Shown piece by piece: positions 1-13,700 of a stretch of DNA of 64,000 bases. Source of the DNA: Bugula neritina (taxonomy: Eukaryota; Animalia; Bryozoa). The stretch's first letter is position 1, and every line of letters starts with the position of its first letter. A model generated the notes under the pieces. That model saw only the letters and a program-made list of their open reading frames with translations, did no database searches and was not told the DNA's origin. The translations under genes were made by a program, and so were the position numbers. The stretch spans positions 17,405,875 through 17,469,874 of the forward strand of contig OZ037768.1 of assembly GCA_964035545.1 (NCBI GenBank). The letters are read 5' to 3'.

Positions 1-449
1 CATTCTCCATAACCTATCAATAGGAGCCGTAGTAGTACGCCACCAAAAAGTATGGCCCATAAACTGCCAAAAGGCATTGTGTTGTTTTTAAAATAAATTA
101 TTAATAAGACTAAAACATATACACGCTGTAAATAATAAATATTTTAGCGGGCAATACTACATTCATCGATTGGATTCCGTAAAAATACTTTAATATTAAT
201 AATTAATTTATAATTATACAGATATTATAAATACAGATTTAAAAGTTGGGGGAATGGGAAGTTTGAACGTAGCCTTACCCGCACAGTGAATTTGTAACTT
301 GCCGTCTTTTGGACCCCTCACCAAGCTTTTTACTGTAGAGGTTTGCTATATTGAGAAAACTTTCAGCTGAAGTTTAAAGTGAGAGGCTAACTCCAACAAT
401 TCAAAATTATTATTTGTTTTTTCATTCAGATAGTTGTTGTAAATTGCGC

Positions 450-700
450 ATGTTGTGATAAATTATGGGTTTTGTAAAAACTCAACTAGAGAACATAACC
501 CATTGTTAGCAAAAGAAAGAAGGCAATTATAGGTATAAGATGTCTTTATTGGCATGCTCCCAAGAACAGTATAATAACCTGTATATAGGTAGCTCCAGCA
601 GCAGACTGAATCTAAGCTGGCGAGCTCGCCCTTTCAAATTCTAAGCTCCAGAGTCTAGAATATTTCATCAAAATCCGGCCGATTGCCCAAATTTAGTCAC
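450..700. mobile_element. Degenerate LTR fragment related to the LTR family at 21617-22021 / 42261-43049 / 47385-47810
   Basis: Shares motifs such as gagaacataac, agctccagcagcagactgaatcta and gcgagctcgcc with those LTRs; boundaries approximate. Confidence 0.45.
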
Positions 701-753
701 ATAAGATTTTTTAAAAGAAAATAGGTATATACGTATTACTTTCACAATCTGAA

Positions 754-818
<65 letters not shown>

Positions 819-828
819 TATATATATA

Positions 829-908
829 TATTGCGAAGGTGTGGGCCATGGTACTCTGTTCTGTGCTGATGAGGGGACAAATCCCGAAACAGCTGCTGTC
901 CACAGATT

Positions 909-912
<4 letters not shown>
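829..912 (+). ncRNA. Type I hammerhead ribozyme (family 1) in an ~85-bp element embedded in (TA)n
   Basis: tctgtg-CTGATGA-ggggacaaatccc-GAAA-cagctgctg-TC-cacaga at 860-906: stem I tctgtg/cacaga, stem II ggg/ccc, stem III cag/ctg, GUC cleavage triplet ending at 900. Confidence 0.85.
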
Positions 913-984
<72 letters not shown>

Positions 985-990
<6 letters not shown>

Positions 991-1423
991 TAGCCGAAGC
1001 TCTCTACATTAAACAAATAAAACCGCAACTCAATAAACAAAATTACTCCATACCACTAAAACTATATCAATAGCTCCACACTACCCAACTCTCATATAGT
1101 TTCACTAATTCTTGCTTTTTTTATATTTGGATATCTATTTTTTTCTTTTTGTCAACTATTTAATTTATTTTTATGCAAAAAAAAATTCAGTATAATTTTT
1201 GACCTGCGTAATATATAAAATAAGATTATCTCGCTAAGTTTCAATAATTTACAATAACTGCCACTCTCTATTCTTTGTGTCATGCATAACGTCTTACGTA
1301 ACATAATAATTTTTGAATTTCATTCATTGCTACTCTGAAGATGGGTACAGTGGTACCCGTAATATCAGTATAATTACTTTGCCTAATAAAGTAATAAATC
1401 AACAATGTTTCTCGTATACTTAT

Positions 1424-1425
<2 letters not shown>
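985..1425 (+). mobile_element. Penelope-like pseudo-LTR repeat with a minimal hammerhead (family 2; GAAA mutated to GTAA in this copy)
   Basis: Near-identical to the reverse complement of 29714-30140 and 30230-30675, which adjoin a GIY-YIG fragment; tact-CTGAAGA-tgggtacagtggtaccc-GTAA-tatc-agta at ~1331-1370; flanked by (TA)n. Confidence 0.75.
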
Positions 1426-1517
<92 letters not shown>

Positions 1518-1569
1518 GTAGTGTGTTCAGATTGTTAATGATACATATATATTTTTTTATTTAAAAAAT

Positions 1570-2148
1570 CTCACACGACTATATAGTTTCGTACAGTGAA
1601 CTGCACTCGTCAGGTGTTAGACTAAAAATAAATAAAATCTATGAAGCATACCGATTATTCAAATTTTTACCTAAAGAAAATTATCATGCTAAACACAACG
1701 TAAAACGAAATGCAAACATAGTAGTGGATTTGGTGTTATCTATTAATTAATTAAATTGCTCTTTTTCTAAAGGATTAGACTATAAAAGCTAGATGTTTGA
1801 TGGAAAGGCTAATTTATAATAGGTAGTACTATGGTTGAAAGTTGTTAGTATTGTTATGTGATGTTGCCCAGGTAGTGCTTACGTGCATGTCTGCATGTGG
1901 ATAGAATCTCATTTCTGTTATTAAGGGAAGATTTGCTGGGCTGGTATATTATGAAATATTTTTCCCATAGGCAGAGGTTGCACCTTTTAGTGACTTTGTT
2001 GTATGAGTTGGTCTTTTTCATAATTTTCCATGTTATGTCAAAATGGGTGTTCTTGTCTTTTAGTTTCCAGATATATTTGCTCAATTCAGTATGGTTCTTT
2101 TTTGTTTTGTTGTTAAAAGTTGATTTGTGGTTATACACTTTAGTATAC

Positions 2149-2150
<2 letters not shown>
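1570..2150 (-). mobile_element. 3' fragment of a Penelope-like retroelement (C-terminal GIY-YIG region plus 3' UTR)
   Basis: ORF 1854-2150 reads HKSTFNN..TELSKYIWKLK..ITWKI..RCNLCLWEKYFI..LNNRNEILSTCRH, typical of the Penelope-like endonuclease C-terminus; 5'-truncated into (TA)n; hammerhead downstream. Confidence 0.8.
1573..1617 (-). ncRNA. Type I hammerhead ribozyme (family 3)
   Basis: Minus strand: acac-CTGACGA-gtgcagttcactgtac-GAAA-ctatatag-TC-gtgt; stem II gtgcag/ctgtac, palindromic stem III, GUC site. Confidence 0.8.
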
Positions 2151-2195
<45 letters not shown>

Positions 2196-2325
2196 TTTAT
2201 ATATATATAATGGTTTATAGTTTACCACTAAAGAGAGCTCAATGCTTGGTGTTATAATGCAAATTTAGTTGCTCCTTTTGGTTGAATTGAAATCCTACTA
2301 TGTTGATCATAAAAGTGAGAACACT

Positions 2326-2380
2326 ATATCTCAACCTGTGGACAGCAGCTGTTTCGGGAATTGTCCCCTCATCAGCACAA
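2326..2380 (-). ncRNA. Type I hammerhead ribozyme (family 1, 5'-truncated copy)
   Basis: Minus strand: tgtg-CTGATGA-ggggacaattccc-GAAA-cagctgctg-TC-caca. Confidence 0.75.
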
Positions 2381-3377
2381 GACTACTGACAATCTGTAAG
2401 TATCTCCAGCTTCAGAGATTGCTTTAAAAGTACAAACAGCGAGCTCTCAATTTTGGTTGGCATTTTAAACCAATGCCTATACAGGAAGTTTATCTACCCT
2501 GATGCATCCAATTTTTGTCAAGCAACAGAGTTTTAATGTGATAATAATATGTGTATGCATGCAACAATTTATAGATCAACCAATAACCTTGAAGCTATGT
2601 AGCACTTCTATTCTTAGTTGAAGACATAACACCAGAACAATTGCTAAGGAACTCGAGCTTGTTTTGAATGTATTGAGTCTTATTAACTGCCTTTATGTTA
2701 TCCGTTTTAAATTGTTTTGTAAGCATATACAAGAGTCATAAAATTCATTTTTGGTAGGAACTGAGATCTATTTATATTGTAGATATAACAAGTCCTATAA
2801 ATTGAAAAAAAATGACCGTACAACCATCTTCATAATGCAAAACGCATAAATAAATAAATAAAGAATTTTTAGTCGCAAAGGTTACTCATGCACAAGTTTA
2901 ACTGAATCAACGGTTTTTTTTTGTTGTTTTGTAATTTGTTGCCTACTCAAGCAATATTGGACATGCAGATTTATTCAATAATGTTGAATTGTAGATAGCA
3001 GGTTGGTGTTATAATGCAAATTTTGTTGCTCCTTTTTGCTAAATTGAAATCTTACTATGTTGGTATGGTAAAGTGCTTTAGCTCCATTATCATTCTCAAA
3101 AAGTAAAAGAGACTTAATTACTCTAATATGCACTTTACTCAAAAACAAATAATGGTTGGTTTGTTGGAAAAAAAAACTTCAAATCCACCATTAAACAAAT
3201 TTATCTGATGTAGAAATTTAAGTAGCAATTAAAACAAGACACCTGTGTTTCTTAGACCGTTCTGCTTTTATTGTGGGATGCGGAGAATTACATAGAAAAT
3301 AAGCAACACCATCAAACGGATAAGTTATCTAAAACATTGTACAAGCTTAATCTAGTAGCCAAAAAAGTTCATAACTT

Positions 3378-3838
3378 TTAGTTAGATGCAAGATACCTAA
3401 AGCATACGCATTTTTTGCCTTGACATCTATAATGGGGTTTGCGTCTTATCTGGCAATACCTCTTGCAAATTAACGTTCGGACAGGACATCCCCAGCTTGC
3501 CTTTGCTATTAAAGCTGTTGAACAAAGTACAAAGTTCAGTTTGATAATTTGGTCAGAATCATTAAATATACTTTTAACATAGTAAATTCTGTAAAATTGC
3601 AAGTGAATTGTAAGCAATTAAGCGTAGAAAAGTGCCTATAGCCATGTAGTGGGAACTTAACATTTTAGGCTACTATTACGGGTGCACTGAATGTATATTA
3701 ATAATCAGTAGAAAAGCAAGCGTTCATAGTTGTAAATTTAGAAAAGAGTTTTATCAAGTCTATATTACAAGTTACCTTTAACTTACCCAATGTGCTGATG
3801 AATATCATAGCAATAATAAATGCAACAATTTTCTTCAT
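3378..3838 (-). CDS. CS-alpha/beta (invertebrate-type) defensin-like peptide 1, 62 aa, 2 coding exons
   Basis: Exons 3838-3787 and 3514-3378 (phase-1 GT-AG intron) give MKKIVAFIIAMIFISTLALIAKA|SWGCPVRTLICKRYCQIRRKPHYRCQGKKCVCFRYLASN*. Signal peptide ends in AXA; Cys spacing C-x6-C-x3-C-x9-C-x4-C-x-C; WGCP resembles the GFGCP start of arthropod/mollusc defensins; AATAAA at 3272-3267. Confidence 0.88.
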
Positions 3839-4584
3839 ATTGATGTATAATTTCTGTAAGTGTATTATAAATAAAATATATTATTAATATGCAAATTTAT
3901 GTGTTTTGATACAAAAAGTTATTTCAAAAATATAATACCTGAAAAAATTTTAATAGAAATATTAAAAAAAAAATTTAAATGAGCTTGCTAATGTTTACTT
4001 ATTTATAGTTCATTTACTAAAGAAGAATTTCACTTTTTTGTTTTTCAGTCATGATTGGCTAAATAACAAATATTATTTTACTATAATTTTTAAGAGTGAA
4101 ATACAGATTATTACCATGTTCAACACCGCTTTAGGTGCAGTTTGCTTCAGCTTTACATAACAGTATGCCAATACATAATGGTTGTTTGCTGTCAATTATA
4201 TGAAAAATATGTACTTCAAAATAGCCAATCATCATAATATCTCAAAATTATAGTCAAATAGGTCATAAAGCTCATAAAGGGACTTAATTCACCAAACACT
4301 GAACACTGACTCAAAAACAGGCAACACTCATAAAACAGAAGTATTACTGCATAAACCAGTCCAAATTGGCTTGATCACTATCAAGTACAACAATAAAGGC
4401 TAACATGTATAGTATGAGATTACATAATAACAAAAAATTAAATAATACGCAATTACTGCTTTTACAAGAAAGCCATCAACACCACAAAAACACGGATCGA
4501 CTCAAGAGGTGCCATAGAAAAAAATAATTATTGTGTAATTAATAGGATACATTAAATTAGTAAAATGCTTATTAGTGAGCTTAC

Positions 4585-4700
4585 CTGTATGTATTAGCAG
4601 CACTTGTAACACCCGTCAGAATATGAATAATTCAAACACTAACTGAAGCATTTATATACCTTAACTTTATATACATAAATAGCTTAAGCAGTTGATTGGT
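4585..4700 (-). promoter_or_regulatory. Putative promoter and non-coding first exon of defensin 1
   Basis: Minus strand CCAAT (~4699-4695), TATATAAA (~4658-4651) and a CAG|gtaagc donor at 4585/4584, matching the acceptor at 3854/3853 before the ATG; all conserved in the second copy. Confidence 0.6.
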
Positions 4701-4810
4701 CAATACTTGCCAAGTAAGAAAACTCAGTTTCTTTGTTATATAATAGAGTTAGTTGTTACCTATAGAAAGCAGTGCTACCAATTTTATTCAAGGTGTGTTA
4801 GGAATTATTG

Positions 4811-6117
4811 TAGGGGAGGGTGGAGCTAGCTGAACTAAAAATGTTTTGCCATATTCCAAAGATTAGCATTATGAAAGTCAGTCATATGTTTCTGTCTTCG
4901 TCCATAAAAACTAAACGCATAAACATTTTACAAACCAGGATAAAGGCAATTTTTTACTGCAAACCTTTTGGTACAAAGAAACCGGCAAAGGACTGGTTTC
5001 AGCTGCCCTGTAATGTAAATTGTTTTACCTATTTTGCAAGTTGAAAAAAAATTATTAGAGATTAACAATGAAAATCATGAAAAGATCAGAATAAATTGGC
5101 ATACACAAATAACAGAAACCCTGGATGTGATCTTTCACAGTGAAATCTACAGCCCTAACAGTGAAACCTTGACAGTAAAACCTTATCTTAAATCTCAAAG
5201 GTAGGCAATGCAGAATACTCTTTAAAACTTAAGCAGCAGCAGCAAACTGGTAGAAAAGCTTTCAAAAGTTTTATTTTTTGTAATTCATACATAAACAAGT
5301 TACATATATGAAATGGGATTCTCTCACATGACATCAGTAAATACATGGTGTTGTTGAGCATAACCAACTCTTTTAGAGGGCCGTTTGAAGGCTCTCAACT
5401 ATGGCAGATGATTTATACCACTGCCTTGTTTTACCATATTCTTTCCTGCAGTTATGTTTTCTTTATCTGTTCCCTGTTTGTTTTCCCTGCATGTAAATTT
5501 GCACCCTTCTGAAAACATTTGCAGGATAGTTTAATTATGCTGTTGACCTACATTTTTGTTTGTTCTAAGGCTATAATTGTATATTTAGAGTTATATAAAA
5601 ATTATGGATAAAAACTTTTAATTTAGAAAAATATAAACTTTAATGTAAAAATTGGTCCACCCAATTATAATAAACATAGTGAAAATAGTAAGAGGAGCAA
5701 GTTGTACCTGGCTCAACTTGCTCCACTAGCTTCTTATGAGGTCCAACTAGCCTGACACTAGCTGTCACGCTACAAATTATTGTCAATGTCTTCTGTGATA
5801 GAGATATCTCTGCAACTTTAGGTTATTGTCCAGCTTTAAGATCTTGTTGAAAATACATGCCTAAATTTACTTTACTGGGCTATTAAAGCTTAAGAAACTA
5901 CACAACTTTTTATGAAAAAAATAAAAAAATTTGCTCACTTTTTATGCAAAGAATGTGAAAACTCCTCACTCATCTAAAAACTTCTGCTTTAATTCAATAT
6001 ATTCCCATATGTTTGGTAGTTTACCTAAAACCCAATTAAGTAAAGGGGCTAAAATCGTGGAACGATTTAGAGGAGAAAATTTAAAGCATGTGGTTAAACT
6101 AGCCCCACTCTCCCCTA
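4811..6117. mobile_element. Non-autonomous TIR DNA element (Tc1/mariner-pogo-like, TA ends)
   Basis: Left end taggggagggtggagctagctgaac vs reverse complement of right end taggggagagtggggctagtttaac (~25-bp imperfect TIR); not seen at the paralogous position of defensin 2. Confidence 0.6.
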
Positions 6118-6627
6118 TGTATATATTTATACATATATACATATAAAGTTTCAAACATACAGTTTTTTCTTTACACAGCTGCACTGCATTATTGGTGCTT
6201 TATAAAGACATTGTCTATCATAGGACACACATGCAGTATAGGGATTAGCCGATTATATTATATATATTCCAATTGATTAGCATCATTACATTGACGTCAT
6301 TTGTGATGGCTATATCATAATATTATATTGTGGATATGTTCTGCTTTTATTTGTCAAAATTATTTCTGGCAATTGTATTTTGCTACCAAGAACCTCCTTC
6401 AATGGTAATCTTAATCAAAGTTAGATATGCACTTACTATATGTTTAATATTGATATAAATTCAAAAAAGTTATCACAGAAGTTTTTGATAATACAACATC
6501 CTTTGTCTTTTGATCAAAATACATTGTTAAAATGAGTTGTGAAATTGTATACTTTTAGTTTTTACAGCATTTAATTTGTTAGAATCTCCGTTTTTAAAAC
6601 AAAAACAAAAATGCAAGCACGCATCTA

Positions 6628-6760
<133 letters not shown>

Positions 6761-7030
6761 ATATATATATAATGCCAATTATGTTATTTTATGATGTATT
6801 TTACAGCGCCAGATTTTTAATGTCAAGATACGAAATTTGCAATCTAAAGGAAAACAACCTTTAAACTTTTTTCACTTTATTTCTAATGCAAAATACTCAA
6901 AAATACATGATTTTGTATATTGGTATAACACTTTGAAATACAACATGTGATTACATAATAATGTTTTATTTTTTTAAATACTTTAGACAGCATTGGTGCA
7001 GCACAAAATTTTTTCTTGATTTTGACATAT

Positions 7031-10000
7031 TGTCTTGAATTTATGCTATTTACTAATTATGCGAGTATTTAAGACTAAAGCTCGTAACTGCCTCATAAAG
7101 TATTGATAGCGTTTATTTAATACAAATTATACATGAGTGAAATAAAGTACATAAGTGTGAAGTTAATTACTATTACATGACAAATACCAAGCATGCAACC
7201 TAACTATCCAAGCGCTACTATCCAACTGTGCACTGATGATGCACGCTGCTAATGATCGTATGATTATTAACTCCATCCTAACTGGTCGATCCTATTCATT
7301 GTCTAGAAAGATAGCGTAACAATGTATTAGGTTGAGCGTAGCTTAGCACATTGTAGATGATGACACATTGGGGTAGCAGAGTAACAATAGGAGTTGTCCT
7401 TCTGATATACCACAATTCGCCACACTCCCCGACCTATCGGAAAGCAAGGCTACTGAGAAACTAAATTATCAGAAGGTGTAGGCGAAGAACCAAAGGCATG
7501 AGCTGGAAATTCAACACAGTGCCGGCGGGAGTTGTCAGATGAAAAAGATAAAAACATGCAAATGAAAAGTAACAGGCCGCTCAACTGGCCACTCTGCAAA
7601 GAGCAGAGTAAAACACACAGGGAACCAAGACAAAAACACTTGTCTGTCAAAAACATGAGTAGAAAATAATATCAAATTTATAATACTTTATAAACACACT
7701 GTCCCATAACCAATAAAAGGAAGACACATATTTACATAGATAACAGCTGAAGATCAGATGTGAAAAGATACGTCAACTTACGTCACCACCAGCCAACGAC
7801 AGGCACCAAGAAAGAAGGCCTCCTTACACAGTCACAAATATTAATATTGCCGACTGCTATCATATAACATAACAATCATCTTCTCCATATTAAACTAATG
7901 CAACTCTTCTTCTTCTTATGCCGGCGGTGACTGATCATCTAGACCCAGTCTCTCTTCTTATACAAAAAGGGTCATGAAAGTCTTCACTCCTTAACTGCCA
8001 TTGCTGCTCGCGCAAAATCTCGTGAGTCGTCCTCATGTGAGTAATGAGCTCATCCACGTACTCAAGGACGCTGCTCTTCAGAGCAGGGACATGGTAAGTT
8101 AAATGCCCAGAAACCATCGTTTCTTTACCGAGCATGAGAAAGTTCGGTGTCTCCGGTGTACTGAAGTGAGGGGTACTATGGTATGCTTGTATGAGTTGCG
8201 GCAGCACCAAGTCTCACTCTTCCTGACTTCTACCCAGTAGCAGGCTTCTCAGAGAGCCGCTTGGCATATGGCTCTTCCGCTCAACAACCCTATTCCTCTG
8301 CAAGTGATATAGGGCAGTCTGTTTCTGATTGACCCCCCACGTCTTACAGAGATCGCTCATAAGTTGTGACTGAGCTGGGCACCCTGATCAGTGTGTATTT
8401 GCTCTGGCAAACCGAAATAACAGAACAGGTTCTGATCTAAGGCCCTGGCCACCGTGGAGGCCAACGCATCCGGAATAGCCAGAGCAAGACAGCCCACCGC
8501 GTAAAGGAGTCAGTTAACACCAGTATTCAGTTATTACCTCTTTCAGATGTGAGGATAGGGCCCACCAGATTTACGGCAACTACTTACCACAGACGACCGT
8601 CATGAAGGCAATGTCTCCCCGCGGTCTCAGTGGAGCAGCCATGCCTACTAGCCTGGCATACCTCACACTTCCGCACCCGGTGTCAAACATCCCGGGTCAT
8701 CCCGGACTAATACGACCGGAGCTGAAAACACCTGGTCATCCACCCAGTTCTAGCATGAGCTTGCTTATGCGTGTCCCGGATCAGCTCCTGGTGGAGACCA
8801 TACGGACAGACGACTCTCCTACGTTCTTAGTGATTTGCACCGGTTGCTAACGTTATCGTTAACAGCCCATCACTATTAAACTGAAGAGAGTCTCACCAGT
8901 CACAGAAATACTTGAACTCTGCAAACTTGACCGGTTGTTCAGCCTCACTAGGCCGCCGTCCCTTTTTTTTGGCCTAAACTAAGTCAGCTACTACCCCCGG
9001 TAGTGTAGCTTGGAGCTCGCAAGGCTCCCTGACATTTTGGAACAGTGTAGGGTTTACATGAAGGGTGTTGACAGCTCTAGAGGGGGATCAGACTGGAGTT
9101 GGCCTTCTTCCCAGCTGTATACACCTGTTCTCTCTATCTGCTCTTCCACGTTCAATCAAAGGGGTCTACCATCCTTGCGCTTAGTGTTTAGGCATTAATT
9201 ACACCTCTCTTCATGCCGCCGGCTCAATCCATCGGCATTGCCATGTTTCTTTCCAGGTCGGTGTTCGATCCGATATGAAAACTCAGCCAGGATCTTAAGC
9301 CAATGCGCAACTTGACTATAGTGTTTAGCTCGTCTGCACAACCATATCAATGACGCATGATCTGTTTGAAGCCTGAATGTCTACCCATACAGATATGGTC
9401 TGAAATGCTTAACCTCCTTAACCACTGCCAGAAGCTCTTTCCTGGTAGTGCAGTAGCTTTTTTTGAGCCGACATAGCCTTACTGTAGTAAGCAACCACCA
9501 CCTTGCGACCATCCTGGATCTGAGACAGCACAGCTCCCACATTGTGGTCACTCGCATCAGTGTCCAGAATGTACTCCTTCACCGAATTGAGGTACACCAA
9601 AATGAGTGCCACTAACGAACCAGCCGGCAACTCCACCGGCTCGGTGAAAGGGTTCACACACTGTACCAGGAATTTCCCACTCTCGTCCAGCCGATTTAGA
9701 CTGTTCGCGAGCTGGACTCCTCCAGGTGCCTCTTCTACTACTTCTAAGTCAGAGATTTTCCTGCAGTTCACTCTGCAGTGAACTGTAGCCTTGGAGCGCC
9801 CAGGAATAGTGAAACACCGCACCACCTGCACTCTCCCCACCAAGGGCCCCCAAACTTATTCACACAAGCAAGCTCACGCCCGGCCAACATCACCGCAAAC
9901 TTGTGGCACTTGTGTCTCTTTAGGAATGGCATCCCAAGATGGCGTCCTCTTTCAGCTGACTGACGATGAAAGTATTTTTGATCACATGATCACAGACTCG

Positions 10001-12014
10001 ACCTGTCAGCTCAATCACACCATAAAATGGAATACACGACTCGTCCGCCAATGTGCCGTGTTCCCCTTTATATGGCTGTGGGTTAACCCTGTTTCCTGCA
10101 TTGAGTGTGTCAAAAAGACACCGGCTCAGGAGATTAGTAGTACACCCAGTGCCCAACAGAAATGTCGCAGTTTTGCAGGCAAACTTACCGGGCAGGAAAT
10201 AGCTGCTTTCATATGGCTGGCCGCTCACTGAGAAGCTTGTCTACAACACCTCATGTGCATAGAGTTTAGGATGCACCTGTGCTTTCTGATTACGAAAGGG
10301 TCTCCAAGGTTTCAAGAGTAGCTGAGTGACATCTCGCCCCTGCTCAAACGTGGCCAGCCGAGTGAAATCTCGGTTTTGCTCCCATGTAGGCAGCCGAAGA
10401 AAATCTTGGTCCTGTTACCACTTCTTGTACACTCTTTCCTCCTGCAATCCCTCAAAGCAACTTTTGAGTAGCCAGGGCGGAGGTTTTGGCAAACGTTGCG
10501 GTCTGCTGACTCTTCTTGGGACTTGCCACTTTGACGAAGGCGGCCTCCTCAATCTGTTGAGTTTGGGCCGTGGCACTGGTCTTCAAGAGTTAAATCGAGG
10601 CCCACAGTTGGCAGAATTTACCGTGGGCCGTTTAGATTTAACTGTTTTATTCCGCCATAGAGACAGCTTCTCAGGAGATGTCCTCCACTACCACAACCCC
10701 AACAAACAGTCTGCCAAGGGCAGCTGTCAGTGGCCTAGCAAGCCGCTTAGCTGCCGGTTGTTGCCTCAGACGCCTAATTTCGGCCAGCAGCTCTCGTACC
10801 AGACTCGTGGTTAAGCCGGTCTCTTTAGCTGCCAAGGCTAGGTGGACTGCCGCAGTAGCCGACGGCGGCGATAACCCATCGTCGGCTTCTACTTGCTGCG
10901 CGTTCACATCAGGCCGACATGCACTATTGGCTTAGAAATAGGCATTTATAAACTGAAGGGCCTTATCCATTGTATCAACTTTGACTACCAGCAAATGCCT
11001 TTTCAAGTCGATGTTTTTGACCGACTGGAAAAACTCTTCGAGAGCCAAACTCCTCCGGCCTTCTACTGTCAAGTCGCCAAAAGCAACCTGCGCCAGCCGT
11101 TTTACTACGATCGCGTATTCTCGGAAGGGAGTCTTAGGATCTCTTCTAAGCTCTTCGAATTGTAAAGTGCATCTTGAGTAGTGAGCCCAAACTCAGCTCT
11201 CAACGCCTCAAAGATACTGCTAACATTCTAGCCGATACCATGAGGTTTGACCAATCATGTCGGGCGCAACCGCAGCTGGATTAGATCGAGTGACTTTAGC
11301 TGGCCATCTACAGATGACTGCCACATTGCTAAACTCAACAATAAATTGCTTCTCATCTTCTTCTCCGCAGAAGGTAGGAACCCGTAAATGATACTTGTCT
11401 ATAGGCAGCAGTGGGCTGCCTATGGCATCCTCTACAGCTGCCGCTTCAACCTGCTCTAGACGGGGGATGTTTCCTGCGTCGTTGATGGCCATACTTTTTT
11501 GCTCCTTGGACAGGAGTATTAGCCTTAAATTAATTCCACTGCTGCTACCACTGTTGTGAATTTATGCTATTCACTAATTATACAATTGTTTAGGACTGAA
11601 GCTCAGAACTGCCTTATAGAGTATTGATAGTGTTTATTTAATACAAATTATACATGAGTGAAATAAAGTACATAAGTGTGAAGAATTTCATAACATGACA
11701 AATACCAAGCATGCAACCTAACTATCCAAGCGCTACTATCCAACTGTGCGCGGCTGATGCACGCTGCTAATAATCTTACATCATTAGCTCCATCCCAAAG
11801 CATTAACTCTATCCCAAGCATTAGCTACAACTGCTGATGCAAGCTGCTAATGATGATTAGCTCCATTCTAATTCGTCGATCCTATTCATTGTCCAGAGAA
11901 ATAGCTTAACAATGTATTAGGCTGAGCGTAGCTCAGTGTATTGTAGAAGATGCAACATTAGGGTAGCAGAATAACTATAGGAGTTGTCCTTCCGATTTAC
12001 CATAATTCACGACA
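7031..12014 (-). mobile_element. Degenerate Ty3/Gypsy LTR retrotransposon, RT apparently deleted
   Basis: LTRs 7031-7424 and 11552-12014 (TG..CA); PBS TGGTAGCAGCAGTGG (tRNA-Leu-like) next to 11552; purine tract next to 7424. Frameshifted fragments of gag (11492-10671), protease (FLLGTGCTTNLL, ~10150), RNase H (YILDTDASDHNVGAVLSQ, ~9570) and integrase (8600-7935). Confidence 0.9.
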
Positions 12015-12477
12015 ACTCTTAATTTTATCTAAGAATACTAAAACGGCATTGAAGTTTAAATTTGAATGTATCAATTGAATTGTGTTATCGAGAACGTAAA
12101 TGATTTACCGAGTATTTTTCACTCTTTTTTCTATAAAAAGTTATAAACCATCAAAAAATGTGCCAATAAACTAGAATCAATGTGGTAGCTAAATTTTTAA
12201 AGATCAAAGTTGTCTTCAAATTAATTGTTATGTAATTAGCATTGGTACAGGGAAATTTTTCAAGGCATCCTTTTAGATTGGCTAAAAGTAATTAATTAAA
12301 TATTTCAAAATGTTTTTTAAAGGTTATGCCAAAAACCAAATATATTATTGTCATTAGTTGTTGAAGAAAAGCAACAGAAAAAATTATATGATTCCCAGTT
12401 TAATAGTTTAGGATATATAATTTAAAATCTGTCCTTAGATTTTCTATTACCAACAAGCTATAGTTTTTGGCCCTGTC

Positions 12478-12591
12478 CTATTTGAGATTTAAAAAATGCA
12501 GTTGAATAGAGTTCTTTTGAGCATCATATACAATTACCACTCTGATAGGTATAAATAATGATTTCACTGAAACTTCTACAGGGTAATGGTC
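12478..12591 (-). pseudogene. Relic copy of the DNase I last exon
   Basis: Reads DHYPVEVSVKSLFIPIRVVIVYDAQKNSI.., colinear with DHYPVEVSVEPFSTPTKVVIGYRRRRNSI of the intact gene; splice acceptor lost; flanks 12015-12875 align with ~18310-19095. Confidence 0.85.
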
Positions 12592-13303
12592 ATATATTTG
12601 ATACATATCTTATAAACTCTCTCAAATTACTTTCTAGCTGGCACCATTTAATTTATATAATTATAGTATTGTTACCTGAAGTTGTTTACTTATTTGAGTT
12701 ATAATCACAAAAATTAAATATCATTTTGCTAAATATCCAATGCTTTTTGTTTTAAATTGGGTTTATTTTTGCATAATGAAACTAATAAACATAGTGTTAG
12801 AGGTTCTATATTTTCAAACGTTGACTTCCACAAATGTTTTTATGGTTTTTGTGAAGGTATACTTGCAAATTGCAAATATAATTAGCTAAAAAAGTGGTGG
12901 GGTGGGGTGGGGAGGAGGAGAGAAGACTGTATTGCTGTCTTAGCTATAGTTCAAGAAAGTCAGCTGTGCTTATTTTTCAAAATGCATTTAAACAATTCCT
13001 CAAATGCTGTTTATATAGTATACTTAGTCTGATTCACTTGAAAAGCTGTGAGCAAAAAGTTACTTTATAGCTCTAGTATTCAGTGCAGCATTTAATAATT
13101 CATCTAATGCCATGTGAGCATCTAATTATTGTTAGAGAATATATTTTTATGTGACTATGATTGGCATGCTTCTGTGAGCAATGCATAAGCATGGTACCTG
13201 TAAAAGCTTCTGCTTCCACCAAAAATCGGACTGCACTAGACCTCTAACTTAAAAGCTAGCGTGTTGCCAATCACACTATATAGATGTTGTTAGAAATCCC
13301 GAA

Positions 13304-13700
13304 GTCTCTATGGGGTAATGGTTTGTACGCCTGCTTTCAAGCCGGAGGTCTCGGGTTTGAATCCCAGTGGGGGGCAAAACTCCTGCAAGTACTATTGGAG
13401 AATAACAATACTACCACATTCCACAACCAGTTCTCTAGAACACCACTGCCTCCCCCTGCTACTCTGGCAGTTATTAGGCTCTACTGGCTTCTCAACTCTC
13501 TAGGAGTAGCATCACACAGCACGCAGAATCAAGACAGAATGTAAAATAACTGCCCTCACTTAAAAAGTGAAACCACATTCCTCTGTCGAGGCTACTGGAG
13601 AATCACAACACCACAGCATTAACAGTTTAAGATGCTGCCAAAACTATTTAAAGCTCTCTTTGGTAGCCATAACACTAAACAAGAACTTCTTCTGCCTGTA
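13304..13700 (+). mobile_element. tRNA-derived SINE-like element
   Basis: A-box-like tggggtaatgg and B-box-like ggtttgaatccc at 13311-13365, followed by a body with internal subrepeats; no convincing cloverleaf. Confidence 0.5.

Noticed and set aside
2240-3075. ~70-bp direct repeat at 2240-2315 and 3000-3075 as LTRs
   Set aside because: No TG..CA ends, PBS or internal coding; likely a small local duplication.
3378-3514. Calling the Cys-rich peptides scorpion-type toxins
   Set aside because: They lack the KCxN/GKC signature and start with defensin-like WGCP; kept only as a note on spacing.
3515-3617. ORF-track N-termini of the defensins (MLTIHLQ.., and MQFYKIY.. at 14830-14917)
   Set aside because: Intronic; the real signal peptides are on upstream exons with matching splice phase in both copies.
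13304-13376. tRNA genes here and at 22240, 39885 and 54912
   Set aside because: Only degenerate A/B boxes, no consistent cloverleaf, and SINE-like bodies or dispersed copies.
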